DNA of 64,000 nucleotides from contig CANPVD010000094.1 of assembly GCA_947581615.1 (NCBI GenBank), forward strand, positions 15,336-79,335, written 5' to 3'. The first letter of the stretch is position 1; each line of letters begins with the position of its first letter. Both the position numbers and the translations under genes were made by a program. Origin of the DNA: Candidatus Humimonas hydrogenitrophica. GTDB taxonomy: Bacteria > Gemmatimonadota > Gemmatimonadetes > Palauibacterales > Palauibacteraceae. The notes below the pieces were generated by a model. It saw only the letters and a list, made by a program, of their open reading frames with translations, was not told the origin of the DNA and did no database searches. Below are positions 18,747 to 28,315 of the stretch, in pieces.

Positions 18747-19850
18747 ATGAGCTTCTGGGAGACCCCGTTCTACGGCAACACGCCGGCGCGCTGGCTGACG
18801 GCGGCCGGCGTGCTACTGGCCGTGCTCTTGCTCTTCCGGCTGGTGGCCTCGGTCGCGGCGGGCCGACTGGAGGCGTTCTCCCGGAGGACGGACACGCGGC
18901 TGGACGACCTCGCGTCTCTGCTCCTGGACCGCACCGGAGCGCCGTTCCTGTTCGTGGCGGCCGTGTGGGCGGCCTCCTACTTCATGAAGTTGCCCGCTCG
19001 CGTCGCTGGAGGCATCCACGTCGCGGCGATCCTCGCGCTCCTCGCGCAGGCCGGAGTGTGGGGCGGCGCGGCCATCACCTTCTTCATCCGGGGGTACCGC
19101 GACCGGCAGCTCGAGGCGGACGCAGAGGCCGTCACCACGGTGAGCGCCTTCGGCTTCATCGGGAAGCTGATCCTGTGGAGCACCTTGCTGATCCTGGCGC
19201 TCGACAACCTGGGCTTCGAGGTCAAGACGTTGCTCGCGGGCCTGGGCGTGGGCGGCATCGCGGTGGCGCTGGCGGTACAGAACATCCTCGGCGACCTGTT
19301 CGCCTCCCTGTCCATCGTACTGGACAAGCCTTTCGTGATCGGGGACTTCCTGGTCGTGGGCGAGCACATGGGCACGGTCGAGCAGGTGGGGATCAAGACG
19401 ACCCGGATCCGCAGCCTGTCGGGCGAGCAGCTCGTGTTCTCGAATGCCGACCTGCTCAAGTCCCGCATCCGCAACTACGGCCGCATGCACGAGCGCAGGG
19501 CCGTGTTCGAGTTCGGGGTGACCTACGACACGCCTCCGGACGTGGCCGAGAGGATCCCGGACATGGTGCGGGAGGCTCTCCTCGATCACGACCAGGTGCG
19601 GGTGGACCGGTCGCACTTCAAGGCGTTCGGCGATTCGGCCCTGGAGTTCGAGACCGTGTACTTCGTCTCCGACCCGGCGTTCAACACCTACATGGACATT
19701 CAAGAGGCCGTGAACCTGGATCTGATGCGACGCTTCCAGGACGAGGGCATCGAGTTCGCCTTCCCCACGCGGACCGTGCACTTCGAGGGCCGGGCGCCAC
19801 AGGGCGATTCGGGCACCATGGAGCCCATGCCGGAGCCGTCGCGTGTCTGA
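18747..19850 (+). CDS. mechanosensitive ion channel, MscS family (second paralogue)
   Basis: 367 aa. TM helices, 'LGVGGIAVALAVQNILGDLFASLSI' and a beta-domain 'FSNADLLKSRIRNY'. It lies 10 nt after otsB, and its stop overlaps the otsA start by 8 nt. Confidence 0.85.
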   Translation: MSFWETPFYGNTPARWLTAAGVLLAVLLLFRLVASVAAGRLEAFSRRTDTRLDDLASLLLDRTGAPFLFVAAVWAASYFMKLPARVAGGIHVAAILALLAQAGVWGGAAITFFIRGYRDRQLEADAEAVTTVSAFGFIGKLILWSTLLILALDNLGFEVKTLLAGLGVGGIAVALAVQNILGDLFASLSIVLDKPFVIGDFLVVGEHMGTVEQVGIKTTRIRSLSGEQLVFSNADLLKSRIRNYGRMHERRAVFEFGVTYDTPPDVAERIPDMVREALLDHDQVRVDRSHFKAFGDSALEFETVYFVSDPAFNTYMDIQEAVNLDLMRRFQDEGIEFAFPTRTVHFEGRAPQGDSGTMEPMPEPSRV

Positions 19851-21381
19851 GGGCGGCCGGGCCACCTCGGCGGGCGCTTCCTTCCCGGGCCGAAGGATCG
19901 TGGTGGCCTCCAACCGGTTGCCGGTCAGTCTCCAGCGGACGGGAGACGGCTGGGAAGTCGAGCCGGGCTCGGGCGGTCTCGTGACCGCGCTCGCGCCCGT
20001 CCTCCGGAGCCGAGGCGGCGTGTGGGTCGGCTGGCCCGGCACCGTCAAGGCGGACGACGAGCTCGAGGAGGTCCTGAACCGGGCCACGCGGGACTCCGGC
20101 TATCGGCTGGAGGCGGTGCCCCTCACGAGAGAGGAGCGGGACAACTACTACTACGGCTTCTCCAACGAAGTTCTGTGGCCCCTCCTCCACGACCTCCAGA
20201 CCCTGTTCCGCTTCGACCCCGACTACTGGAGCGCGTACGAGACCGTCAACCGGTCCTTCGCCGAGACCATGGCCCGCGTGGCGGGCCCGGACGACTACCT
20301 GTGGGTGCACGACTACCATCTCATGCTGGTCGCGTCGGCGCTTCGCGACCTGGGGGTCGAGAACCGAATCGGCTACTTCCTCCACACGCCCTTCCCGCCG
20401 CCCGACATCCTGGTCAAGTTGCCGTGGCGCAAGCAGGTGCTGAGCGCGCTCCTGTGCTACGACCTCCTGGGGTTCCAGACGATCCGGGACCGAAACAACT
20501 TCCTGGCGTGCGCGGGCCAGTTCCTCCGCGATGTCCGCGTGGAAGGGGAGGGGACGGTGGTCCGGTGCGATTTCGAAGATCGCCACGTCCGCGTCGGGGC
20601 GTTCCCGGTCAGTATCGATTTCGACGATTTCGACCGGATCGCTCGCAGCGACCGGGTCGTGTCGCTCATGCGGGACCTCGGCGGGATCGCTCCCGGTGGA
20701 CACATCATCCTGGGCGTCGACCGCCTCGATTACACGAAGGGGATCCCGAACCGGATCGACGCGTTCCGGATCGTGCTCGAGCGGAACCCGCCGCTGCGGG
20801 GCAAGCTCACGCTCGTCCAGATCGTCGTGCCCAGCCGGGAGCACATCCCCGAGTACCACGACCTCAAGCGGCAGATCGAGCGCATGGTGGGCGAGATCAA
20901 CGGCCGATTCACGACCGACACGTGGGTCCCGGTGCACTACCGCTACCGGAGTCTCGATCGGCCCGCCCTGGTGGCCCACTACCGGAAGGCCTCGGTGGCC
21001 CTGGTGACTCCCCTCAAGGACGGCATGAACCTCGTCGCCAAGGAGTACTGCGCGGCGAACGTCGACCTGGACGGCGTCCTCGTCCTCAGTGAGTTCACGG
21101 GCGCCGCGGCCCAGCTCCAGGACGGGGCGCTCCTGGTCAACCCCTACGACACGATCGAGGTGGCGGAGGCCATTGCCCGCGCGACCCGCATGCCGAGCGA
21201 GGAGCGCCACCGGCGCATGGAGCGTCTGCGGAGCGTGGTACGGGACCAGGACGTATACTGGTGGGTCGAGACCTTCGCCCGGGCCGCGTCCAGTTCGGAG
21301 CTGCCGCCCCTGCCGACCCTGCCCGACTTCATGCCCGGCTTCCGCCTGCGGGGGGATCCGTGCGGCGCGGACGGGGCGTGA
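19843..21381 (+). CDS. otsA: alpha,alpha-trehalose-phosphate synthase (GT20)
   Basis: 512 aa. 'VVASNRLPV', 'GSGGLVTAL', 'VHDYHLMLV', '[11 protein letters not shown]' and '[14 protein letters not shown]'. Confidence 0.9.
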   Translation: MSEGGRATSAGASFPGRRIVVASNRLPVSLQRTGDGWEVEPGSGGLVTALAPVLRSRGGVWVGWPGTVKADDELEEVLNRATRDSGYRLEAVPLTREERDNYYYGFSNEVLWPLLHDLQTLFRFDPDYWSAYETVNRSFAETMARVAGPDDYLWVHDYHLMLVASALRDLGVENRIGYFLHTPFPPPDILVKLPWRKQVLSALLCYDLLGFQTIRDRNNFLACAGQFLRDVRVEGEGTVVRCDFEDRHVRVGAFPVSIDFDDFDRIARSDRVVSLMRDLGGIAPGGHIILGVDRLDYTKGIPNRIDAFRIVLERNPPLRGKLTLVQIVVPSREHIPEYHDLKRQIERMVGEINGRFTTDTWVPVHYRYRSLDRPALVAHYRKASVALVTPLKDGMNLVAKEYCAANVDLDGVLVLSEFTGAAAQLQDGALLVNPYDTIEVAEAIARATRMPSEERHRRMERLRSVVRDQDVYWWVETFARAASSSELPPLPTLPDFMPGFRLRGDPCGADGA

Positions 21382-21407
21382 CCCCGGCGCCGGAGCCGGC
21401 CGCCGCG

Positions 21408-21436
21408 TTGACTCGCGCCGTGGCCCGGTGTAGGCT
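21408..21436 (+). promoter_or_regulatory. candidate sigma70-type promoter for prs-rplY-pth
   Basis: TTGACT (21408-21413), a 17-nt spacer, then TAGGCT (21431-21436). It sits in a locally lower-GC stretch 45 nt upstream of the prs ATG, which has a GAGGAGAG RBS. Confidence 0.35.
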
Positions 21437-21481
21437 AATGGGCTCTTAAGCATTCGCACACCCGCTGCCACCGAGGAGAGC

Positions 21482-22510
21482 ATGTCGGAGCTATCGGCCA
21501 CGGCGAGCCCCATGATGCTGCTCGCCGGGACCGCGAACCCGGCCCTGGCGGAGCGCATCGCCCGCGAGTTGGACCGACCGCTGTGCGATGTGACGATCAA
21601 GCGGTTCGCGGACGGCGAGATCTTCGTTCGCATCAACGAAAACGTTCGCGGACGGGATGTGTTCATCATCCAGCCCACGAATCCGCCGGGTGACAACGTC
21701 CTCGAGCTCCTCATCCTCATCGACGCCGCCAAGCGAGCTTCGGCCGCGCGAGTCACGGCGGTGGTGCCGTACTACGGCTATGCGAGGCAGGACCGGAAGG
21801 ACCAGCCGCGGGTCTCGATCGCCGCCAAGCTCATGGCGAACCTGATTACGGCGGCGGGGGCCGACCGCCTGCTGTCGATCGACTTCCACCAGCACCAGTT
21901 GCAGGGGTTCTTCGACATTCCGGTGGATCACCTGTACGCGGCCCCCGTCCTCACCGGCCGTTACCGCGAGATGGAGCTGGAGCAGCCGGTCGTGGTGGCC
22001 ACGGACGTGGGAGCGGCCAAGATGGCCCGCGGCTATGCGCAGCGTCTCGGCGAGGCGAGCCTCGCGATCATCGACAAGCGGCGGCCCGGACCCAACGTGG
22101 CCGAGGTGTCCAACGTGGTCGGGGACGTGGACGGGCGCCCCTGCCTGATCGTCGACGACATGATCGACACGGCCGGCACCATGGCCGGAGCCGTGACGGC
22201 GCTGAAGGAACGTGGAGCGACGCGGGTGTATTGCGTGGCGACCCACGCCCTGCTCTCGGGTCCGGCGATCGAGCGGCTCGCGAACGTGGACGTGGAGGAG
22301 GTCGCGGTGACGGACACGATCGCCATCCCCGCCAGCAAGCGGGCGGCGCTTCCGTCCCTGCGCATCATGTCCGTGGCGGACCTGCTCGCCCGGGCGATCG
22401 AGAACACCCACTTCAGCCGGTCCGTGAGCTCCCTGTTCAACGGCGATTCCTCCGAGGACGAGGATACCGGGGTCGGGCTGCGGGCGGTGGCGACGGATAG
22501 AGAGGCCTGA
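21482..22510 (+). CDS. prs: ribose-phosphate pyrophosphokinase
   Basis: 342 aa. 'KRFADGEI', 'YYGYARQDRK' and the PRPP loop 'LIVDDMIDTAGT'. It carries an extra acidic C-terminal tail of about 25 aa. Confidence 0.95.
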   Translation: MSELSATASPMMLLAGTANPALAERIARELDRPLCDVTIKRFADGEIFVRINENVRGRDVFIIQPTNPPGDNVLELLILIDAAKRASAARVTAVVPYYGYARQDRKDQPRVSIAAKLMANLITAAGADRLLSIDFHQHQLQGFFDIPVDHLYAAPVLTGRYREMELEQPVVVATDVGAAKMARGYAQRLGEASLAIIDKRRPGPNVAEVSNVVGDVDGRPCLIVDDMIDTAGTMAGAVTALKERGATRVYCVATHALLSGPAIERLANVDVEEVAVTDTIAIPASKRAALPSLRIMSVADLLARAIENTHFSRSVSSLFNGDSSEDEDTGVGLRAVATDREA

Positions 22511-22511
22511 C

Positions 22512-23219
22512 ATGGCGGTCGAAGCGATTCTGAAGGCGGAGGAGCGGATCGAGACGGGCAGCGGCGCGGCGCGCCGGATGCGCCGCGACGGCTACGTCCC
22601 GGCCGTCGTGTACGGGCACGGCGAGTCATCCAGGAACCTCAAGATCCGGGAGCGTGAGCTGCAGGCGCTCCTCGACCGGATCAGCGTGGACAACACGCTC
22701 GTGGACCTGGAGGTCGACGGCGATGCGAGCCGGAAGGTGTTGATCCGCGAGGTGCAGCGGCACCCGTGGAGGGCGCGTGTGCTCCACGTGGACTTCTTCC
22801 AGATCCGTGCCGACGAGAAGCTCCGTGTGGCGGTTCCGCTCGAGCTCGTGGGCGTTCCCAAGGGCGTGCGCGACGAGGGGGGTATCCTCCAGCAGAGCCG
22901 CCACGACATCGAGGTGGAATGCCTTCCGGGCGAGATTCCCGAGCGCTTCGAGCTCGATGTCTCGAACCTGGACATTGGTGACTCGCTGCACGTGGCGGAC
23001 CTCAACACCGGCGGCGTGCGTCCTCTCGAGGACCTCGACCTCACGCTGTGCGTGGTGGTGCCGCCGACCGTCATCCAGGTCGAGGAGGAAGAGGAGGAGG
23101 AGGTCCTGCTCGAGGGCCTGGAGCCCGAGCTCGTCGGCCGCGAAGGCGAGGAGGAGGGCGAGGAGACGCCCCGGGCCGCGGGGCGCCAGCGCGGGCAGGA
23201 GGACGAGGAAGAGGCGTAG
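22512..23219 (+). CDS. rplY: 50S ribosomal protein L25/general stress protein Ctc
   Basis: 235 aa. 'RRMRRDGYVPAVVYG', 'REVQRHP' and the two-domain Ctc form. It has a long Glu-rich tail. Confidence 0.9.
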   Translation: MAVEAILKAEERIETGSGAARRMRRDGYVPAVVYGHGESSRNLKIRERELQALLDRISVDNTLVDLEVDGDASRKVLIREVQRHPWRARVLHVDFFQIRADEKLRVAVPLELVGVPKGVRDEGGILQQSRHDIEVECLPGEIPERFELDVSNLDIGDSLHVADLNTGGVRPLEDLDLTLCVVVPPTVIQVEEEEEEEVLLEGLEPELVGREGEEEGEETPRAAGRQRGQEDEEEA

Positions 23220-23255
23220 CGTCGACCTCCTCTCTCTCGCACGGCGCAAGGCCGC

Positions 23256-23822
23256 GTGAAGGCCATCGTCGCCCTCGGCAACCCCGGCGACCGCTACCGC
23301 GACACACGCCACAACGTCGGGTGGTGGCTGGCGGAGAGGCTGCGGGCCGCCTGGTCCTTTCCGGCCTTCCACGCCCGGGACGCGACCCGGACGTCGGAGG
23401 GGCGGCGCGGGGAGCGGACAGTGCGCATCGTCGAGCCTCTCACGTACGTCAACCTCAGCGGCCGCGTCGTACGCGACCTGATGGTCGAGACCGGCCTGTC
23501 GCCCGCCGAGGACCTGCTGGTCCTGGTGGACGACGTCTCCCTGCCGCCCGGCGCCCTGAGGTTGCGGGCGGGCGGGTCATCGGGCGGGCACAACGGCCTC
23601 GCGTCGATCGAGGAAGCGGTGGGGACGCGGGAGTACGCCAGGCTTCGCATCGGCGTGGGCCGGCCCCACGACGACAGGATCGACCTGGCGGAGTGGGTTC
23701 TGGCGCCGCTGCCCGGGCCCGAAGAGGAGTCGGTGCTGGAGACGTTCCCGAGGGCGATCGAGGCCGTCGACTGCTGGTTGGTCGAGGGCGTCGAGGCGGC
23801 CATGAGTCGCCACAATGGCTGA
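23256..23822 (+). CDS. pth: peptidyl-tRNA hydrolase
   Basis: 188 aa. 'LGNPGDRYRDTRHNVG', 'YVNLSG' and 'GGHNGL'. GTG start. Confidence 0.9.
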   Translation: MKAIVALGNPGDRYRDTRHNVGWWLAERLRAAWSFPAFHARDATRTSEGRRGERTVRIVEPLTYVNLSGRVVRDLMVETGLSPAEDLLVLVDDVSLPPGALRLRAGGSSGGHNGLASIEEAVGTREYARLRIGVGRPHDDRIDLAEWVLAPLPGPEEESVLETFPRAIEAVDCWLVEGVEAAMSRHNG

Positions 23823-23867
23823 GATCGGTTCGATCGCGGTGGACACCTAGAGAGGAGAGAGAGGGCC

Positions 23868-26006
23868 GTGGAGGTATACTCTAACTATGCGCTGTGGCTG
23901 GGTCTGATCGGACTGGCGTTCGCCTGGGCGCTGTACGCCTACGTGCGGAGTCAGCCGGACGGCAGTGATCTCATGCGCGACCTCGCCGAGCAGATCCACA
24001 GTGGCGCCATGACCTTCCTGCGCCGTGAGTACGCGGTGCTCATCCCCTTTATCGTCGTGGTGGCCTTCCTCCTGTGGGTTCTGATCGGAGGCGCCACGGC
24101 GGCGGCCTACGTGTTGGGCGCGTTCTCGTCGATCCTGGCCGGGCTGTTCGGCATGCAGGCCGCGACCCACGCCAACGTGCGTACGGCCGAGGCCGCGCGC
24201 TCCTCGGGCCAGGCCAGGGCGCTGCGGGTCGCGTTCAGCGGCGGTTCCGTGATGGGGCTGGCCGTGGCGAGCCTCGGACTGGTGGGGATCGGGGCGGTCG
24301 TCCTCATCTTCCTGCACCCCGGAGCCGTCGGCTTCTCCTTCAAGACGTTCGGCGAGATCATCTCCGGCTACGCCATGGGAGCCTCCTCCATCGCCCTGTT
24401 CGCAAGGGTGGGGGGCGGCATCTACACCAAGGCGGCGGACGTCGGGGCGGACCTGGTCGGGAAGGTCGAGGCGGGGATCCCGGAGGATGATCCGCGCAAC
24501 CCCGCCACCATCGCGGACAACGTCGGGGACAACGTCGGCGACGTGGCCGGCATGGGGGCGGACATTTTCGAGTCCTACGTGGGCTCGATCGTGGCCACCA
24601 TCGTGATCGGCGTCTCGAGTCCGATCATCATGAGCTCTCAGCGGCTGGAGGCCGTGGCCCTCCCCGTCCTCTACGTGATGATCGGCCTCCTGGCCAGCGT
24701 GGTGGGAGTGCTGGCCATGCGTGTGCTGGAGCGCTTGAACCCGGCCTCGGCGCTGCGCAACACGACGTTCGTGGCGGGCGTGCTGTTCTGGATCGCGGCC
24801 TACTTCGTGACCGTGCAGCTGGACGTGTTCGCCGGCGCGGACGCCGGACACTGGCACCTCCTGAACCACGCCGCCGGACCGTTCTGGGCGATGCTGTTCG
24901 GCTCCCTGTGCGGCATGGCCATCGGCATCAGCACGGAGTTCTATACGGCCGGCGGACCCATGCGAAGGATCGCGGACGCGTCGGAGACGGGGGCGGCGAC
25001 CAACATCATCACCGGCCTGGCGGTCGGGATGGAGTCGGTGGCGATTCCGCTCCTCCTCATCTGCGCCTCCATCTTCCTGGCGTTCAAATTCTCCGGCCTG
25101 TACGGCATCGGGATCGCCGCGGTCGGGATGCTGGCCACCGTGGGCGTCACCATGTCGGTCGACGCCTACGGCCCCATCGCCGACAACGCGGGCGGCATCA
25201 GCGAGATGAGCGGCCTCGGCCCGAGCGTGCGCGCCATAACCGACACGCTGGACGCACTGGGGAACACCACGGCCGCCATCGGGAAGGGCTTCGCGATCGG
25301 CTCCGCCGCCCTGACCGCCCTGGCCCTGTTCTCGGCCTACGCGAACGCCGTCGGGCTCACGCGAGACGGCATCGACCTGGTCCATCCGCTGGTCGTCATC
25401 GGCCTGTTCGTGGGTGGCATCGCGCCCTTCTTCATCTCGGCGCTCACCATGACCGCGGTCGGTCGGGCGGCGGCGGGCATGGTGGAGGAGGTGCGACGCC
25501 AGTTCCGCGAGATCCCGGGGATCATGGAGGGGACCGGCAAGCCGGATCCCTCCCGCTGCGTGGACATCTCGAGCCGGGCGGCGCTGCGCGAGATGATCGT
25601 TCCGGGCCTCACGGCGATCGCCGTCCCGGTCCTGGTGGGCTACTTCCTGGGCGTGGAGGCGCTGGGCGGACTCCTGGCCGGCGCCACCATCAGTGGCGTG
25701 CTCCTGGCCCTGTTCATGGCCAACGCCGGAGGCGCCTGGGACAATGCCAAGAAGTTCATCGAGACGGGCCAGCACGGTGGCAAGGGATCCGACTCGCACA
25801 AGGCGGCCGTGGTGGGCGACACGGTGGGAGACCCGTTCAAGGACACGTCGGGTCCGTCGATGAACATCGTGATCAAGCTGATCAGCGTGGTGTCTCTGGT
25901 GCTGGCGCCCTGGTTCGCGCGCGTGCACGGGATCGTGCCGGCGGGGGACGTCGGAATGAGCGCGGCCTGGCACGAGCTCGTGCACCTGCTGGGGCATCTG
26001 GTGTAA
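23868..26006 (+). CDS. hppA: membrane-bound proton/sodium-translocating pyrophosphatase
   Basis: 712 aa with many TM segments. '[20 protein letters not shown]', 'DNVGDNVGD' and '[12 protein letters not shown]' (the last seen as '[13 protein letters not shown]'). Confidence 0.95.
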   Translation: MEVYSNYALWLGLIGLAFAWALYAYVRSQPDGSDLMRDLAEQIHSGAMTFLRREYAVLIPFIVVVAFLLWVLIGGATAAAYVLGAFSSILAGLFGMQAATHANVRTAEAARSSGQARALRVAFSGGSVMGLAVASLGLVGIGAVVLIFLHPGAVGFSFKTFGEIISGYAMGASSIALFARVGGGIYTKAADVGADLVGKVEAGIPEDDPRNPATIADNVGDNVGDVAGMGADIFESYVGSIVATIVIGVSSPIIMSSQRLEAVALPVLYVMIGLLASVVGVLAMRVLERLNPASALRNTTFVAGVLFWIAAYFVTVQLDVFAGADAGHWHLLNHAAGPFWAMLFGSLCGMAIGISTEFYTAGGPMRRIADASETGAATNIITGLAVGMESVAIPLLLICASIFLAFKFSGLYGIGIAAVGMLATVGVTMSVDAYGPIADNAGGISEMSGLGPSVRAITDTLDALGNTTAAIGKGFAIGSAALTALALFSAYANAVGLTRDGIDLVHPLVVIGLFVGGIAPFFISALTMTAVGRAAAGMVEEVRRQFREIPGIMEGTGKPDPSRCVDISSRAALREMIVPGLTAIAVPVLVGYFLGVEALGGLLAGATISGVLLALFMANAGGAWDNAKKFIETGQHGGKGSDSHKAAVVGDTVGDPFKDTSGPSMNIVIKLISVVSLVLAPWFARVHGIVPAGDVGMSAAWHELVHLLGHLV

Positions 26007-26117
26007 CGAACGGGGACGGGCCTCCGGGAGGAGGCGCGACCGAACGGTGCGCCCCGGTGGCGCGCCGCCACTCCTGCTCCGGGCACGGACCCGGGGCCGA
26101 TCGAGACCGAAGGAGGC

Positions 26118-26486
26118 ATGATGCGAGAGTACGAGATCGTCTACATCTTCCAGTCGACCCTCGAGCCCGAGGAGATCGACGGGAAGCTCGAGACCTTCCA
26201 CGGCCTGCTGGCCGACGCCGAGATCACGGCCGTCGAGCACTGGGGCCGTCGGCAGCTCGCCTACGAGCTCGCCGGCCAGTCCGCCGGTTACTACGTGGTG
26301 GCGCAGTTCCAGGCCGACCCGGCCCGGATCAAGCCGTTCGAGAACGCCCTCAAGATGGACGAGGCGGTGCTGCGCCATCTGGTCGTCATCTCCGAAGGCG
26401 AGTCCGCCGTCCCGCCATCCCTCCGGGGAGACGACGAGGACGAGGACGACGACCGCGAGGACCGTGACGAGGACGAGGAGGATTGA
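26118..26486 (+). CDS. rpsF: 30S ribosomal protein S6
   Basis: 122 aa. 'REYEIVYIF' and 'WGRRQLAY'. It has an acidic D/E tail. Confidence 0.95.
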   Translation: MMREYEIVYIFQSTLEPEEIDGKLETFHGLLADAEITAVEHWGRRQLAYELAGQSAGYYVVAQFQADPARIKPFENALKMDEAVLRHLVVISEGESAVPPSLRGDDEDEDDDREDRDEDEED

Positions 26487-26489
26487 GCC

Positions 26490-26711
26490 ATGAGCGCGTT
26501 CAGGAAGAGCTGCAAGCTGTGTGACCGGGACGTCGACCGGGTGGACTACAAGAACGCCGACCTGCTGCGGCGCTATATTACCGATCGGGGCAAGATCCTG
26601 CCCCGGCGGGCCACGGGAGCTTGCTCGAGGCACCAGCATCAGCTGTGCACGGCCATCAAGCGAGCCCGCTTCCTGGCCCTGCTGCCGTACATCGAGGGGT
26701 ACCGGGGCTGA
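26490..26711 (+). CDS. rpsR: 30S ribosomal protein S18
   Basis: 73 aa. 'VDYKNADLLRRYITDRGKILPRR' and 'RARFLALLPY'. Confidence 0.95.
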   Translation: MSAFRKSCKLCDRDVDRVDYKNADLLRRYITDRGKILPRRATGACSRHQHQLCTAIKRARFLALLPYIEGYRG

Positions 26712-26766
26712 GCTCGACACTCCGAGGCGGAGGAGGACGGGGGACGTCGGCGCCCCCCCGTTCGGT

Positions 26767-27705
26767 GTGACCTCCCGAGGGTGGGCCCTGACCCGGGCCC
26801 TGGCGCTGGCCCTGGCGGTGGCGGCCTTCTCACCCGTCGACCCGCTGGTCCTGGTGTTCGTGCCGCTCGCGGTCCAGATCCTCGCCTTCCGCTGGGACAG
26901 CCGAGGCGGGCTCGTCCTGGCGGCGGCGGCCCTCGTCGTGGCTTTCGCGGGACTCACGCGGAGTCCCGCCGACCCCCTGTGGTACGTGGAGCGGGCCTGG
27001 TCCCTGCTGCTCGGAGGAAGCTTCGTGGTGGCCACAGTCCTGTGGCCCCGGCGAGGCGTGGTCTCCCGTGGGCTGGCCGCCACGGCGGCGGCGTTCGGTC
27101 TGGTGGTGCTTGCCGCGCTGGCGCACCACTCGTTGCTGGCGGACCTCGACTGGCGTATGGGACACGATCTGGCCGACAAGGCGGACGCGGTCTCGCTGTG
27201 GCTCCAGGGCCGTTCGGGAGGTGGCAGCGGGCCGTTCGAGACGGCGCTGTACCGGGCCGTGAACTGGGAAGTGAGGCTCTACCCCGGATCCCTGGCGCTG
27301 GCGTCGCTGGCGGCCCTGGGTGTCGGGGCCTACGTGACCACGCGACTTCGGGGACGCTCCGACGGAGTGGGCCCGGTGCGTGACTTCCGCTTCAACGACC
27401 ACCTCGTGTGGGTGTTGTTGGGAGGCATGGCGCTGTTTCTCCTGCCCCTGGGAGATGTGGCGGCGCGCCTCGGGGAGAACGCCCTGCTCGTGATGGGCGG
27501 ACTGTACCTGTTGCGGGGCGCGGGGATACTATTGTGGCTGGGCGCCGCCGTCGTGACATCGGTGTGGAGCGCCCTCCTGTGGACGGTGATCGCGATCTTG
27601 CTCTACCCGGTCGGGATCACGCTCGCGCTGCTGGTGGGCCTCGGGGACACCTGGCTGGACCTGCGCGCTCGCCTCCGGGCCCCGTCGGGCCCGGATGGAC
27701 GCTGA
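26767..27705 (+). CDS. DUF2232-like polytopic membrane protein
   Basis: In-frame part of ORF 26521..27705, with several TM helices. It occupies the position between rpsR and rplI that YybS/DUF2232 occupies in other bacteria. The GTG start at 26767 is tentative. Confidence 0.6.
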   Translation: MTSRGWALTRALALALAVAAFSPVDPLVLVFVPLAVQILAFRWDSRGGLVLAAAALVVAFAGLTRSPADPLWYVERAWSLLLGGSFVVATVLWPRRGVVSRGLAATAAAFGLVVLAALAHHSLLADLDWRMGHDLADKADAVSLWLQGRSGGGSGPFETALYRAVNWEVRLYPGSLALASLAALGVGAYVTTRLRGRSDGVGPVRDFRFNDHLVWVLLGGMALFLLPLGDVAARLGENALLVMGGLYLLRGAGILLWLGAAVVTSVWSALLWTVIAILLYPVGITLALLVGLGDTWLDLRARLRAPSGPDGR

Positions 27706-27723
27706 AACGACAAGGACGCGACG

Positions 27724-28173
27724 ATGACAGAGATCATCCTGCAGCAGGACATCGAGAACCTGGGCGAGGCGGGGGAGGTCGTGGACGTCAAGGCCGGCTA
27801 CGCCCGCAACTATCTCCTCCCGCGGGGCCTGGCCATCCCGGCCACCGAGGGGAACGTGAAGCGCATCGAGCAGGAGCGCCGGCGCATCGATCGGGCCCGC
27901 ACCCGCGAGCGCGATCAGGCGGAGGAACTCTCTCAGCAGCTCGCCGATCGCTCGCTGAGCTTCTCGGTGCGCGCCGGAGAGGAAGGGCGCCTGTTCGGCT
28001 CGGTCACGACCACCGACATTGCCGACCGGCTGGCGGAAGAAGGGATCGAGGTGGACCGCCGGCTCATTCGGCTCGAGGAGCCGATCAAGGAGCTGGGCGT
28101 CTACCGCGTCGCCGTGGAGCTCCACGCCGACGTGCAGCCGGAGCTCAAGGTGTGGGTGGTGGCCGAGGAATAG
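27724..28173 (+). CDS. rplI: 50S ribosomal protein L9
   Basis: 149 aa. 'IILQQDIENLGEAGEVVDVKAGYARNYLLPRGLA'. Confidence 0.95.
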   Translation: MTEIILQQDIENLGEAGEVVDVKAGYARNYLLPRGLAIPATEGNVKRIEQERRRIDRARTRERDQAEELSQQLADRSLSFSVRAGEEGRLFGSVTTTDIADRLAEEGIEVDRRLIRLEEPIKELGVYRVAVELHADVQPELKVWVVAEE

Positions 28174-28201
28174 GCCACGCTGCAGCTGGAAGCCGGTCGA
28201 A

Positions 28202-28221
28202 GAACCGGAATCCTCCGGTTC
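28202..28221 (+). terminator. candidate terminator hairpin after rplI
   Basis: An 8-bp stem GAACCGGA/TCCGGTTC with loop ATCC, 29 nt after the rplI stop. There is no U-tract. Confidence 0.3.
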
Positions 28222-28315
28222 GCCGCGGCGCGTGGAACGTGGCTCGGCCCGGTCCTTCGGTGGGCTTCCAACAGGCGGCGCTCGTCGTCGCCGGGACTCC
28301 ATACGGGAGCTACGC

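Noticed and set aside
26007-26117. A structured S6:S18-binding autoregulatory leader upstream of rpsF.
   Set aside because: I could fold only short (5-6 bp) hairpins by eye, and I cannot recognise the conserved motif with confidence. It needs a covariance-model search and is not reportable as a feature.
23847-27179. 1110-aa minus-strand ORF spanning hppA, rpsF and rpsR.
   Set aside because: It runs antisense through three unambiguous genes and their intergenic spacers. The sequence is dominated by R/G/H/D/P runs. It is an artefact.
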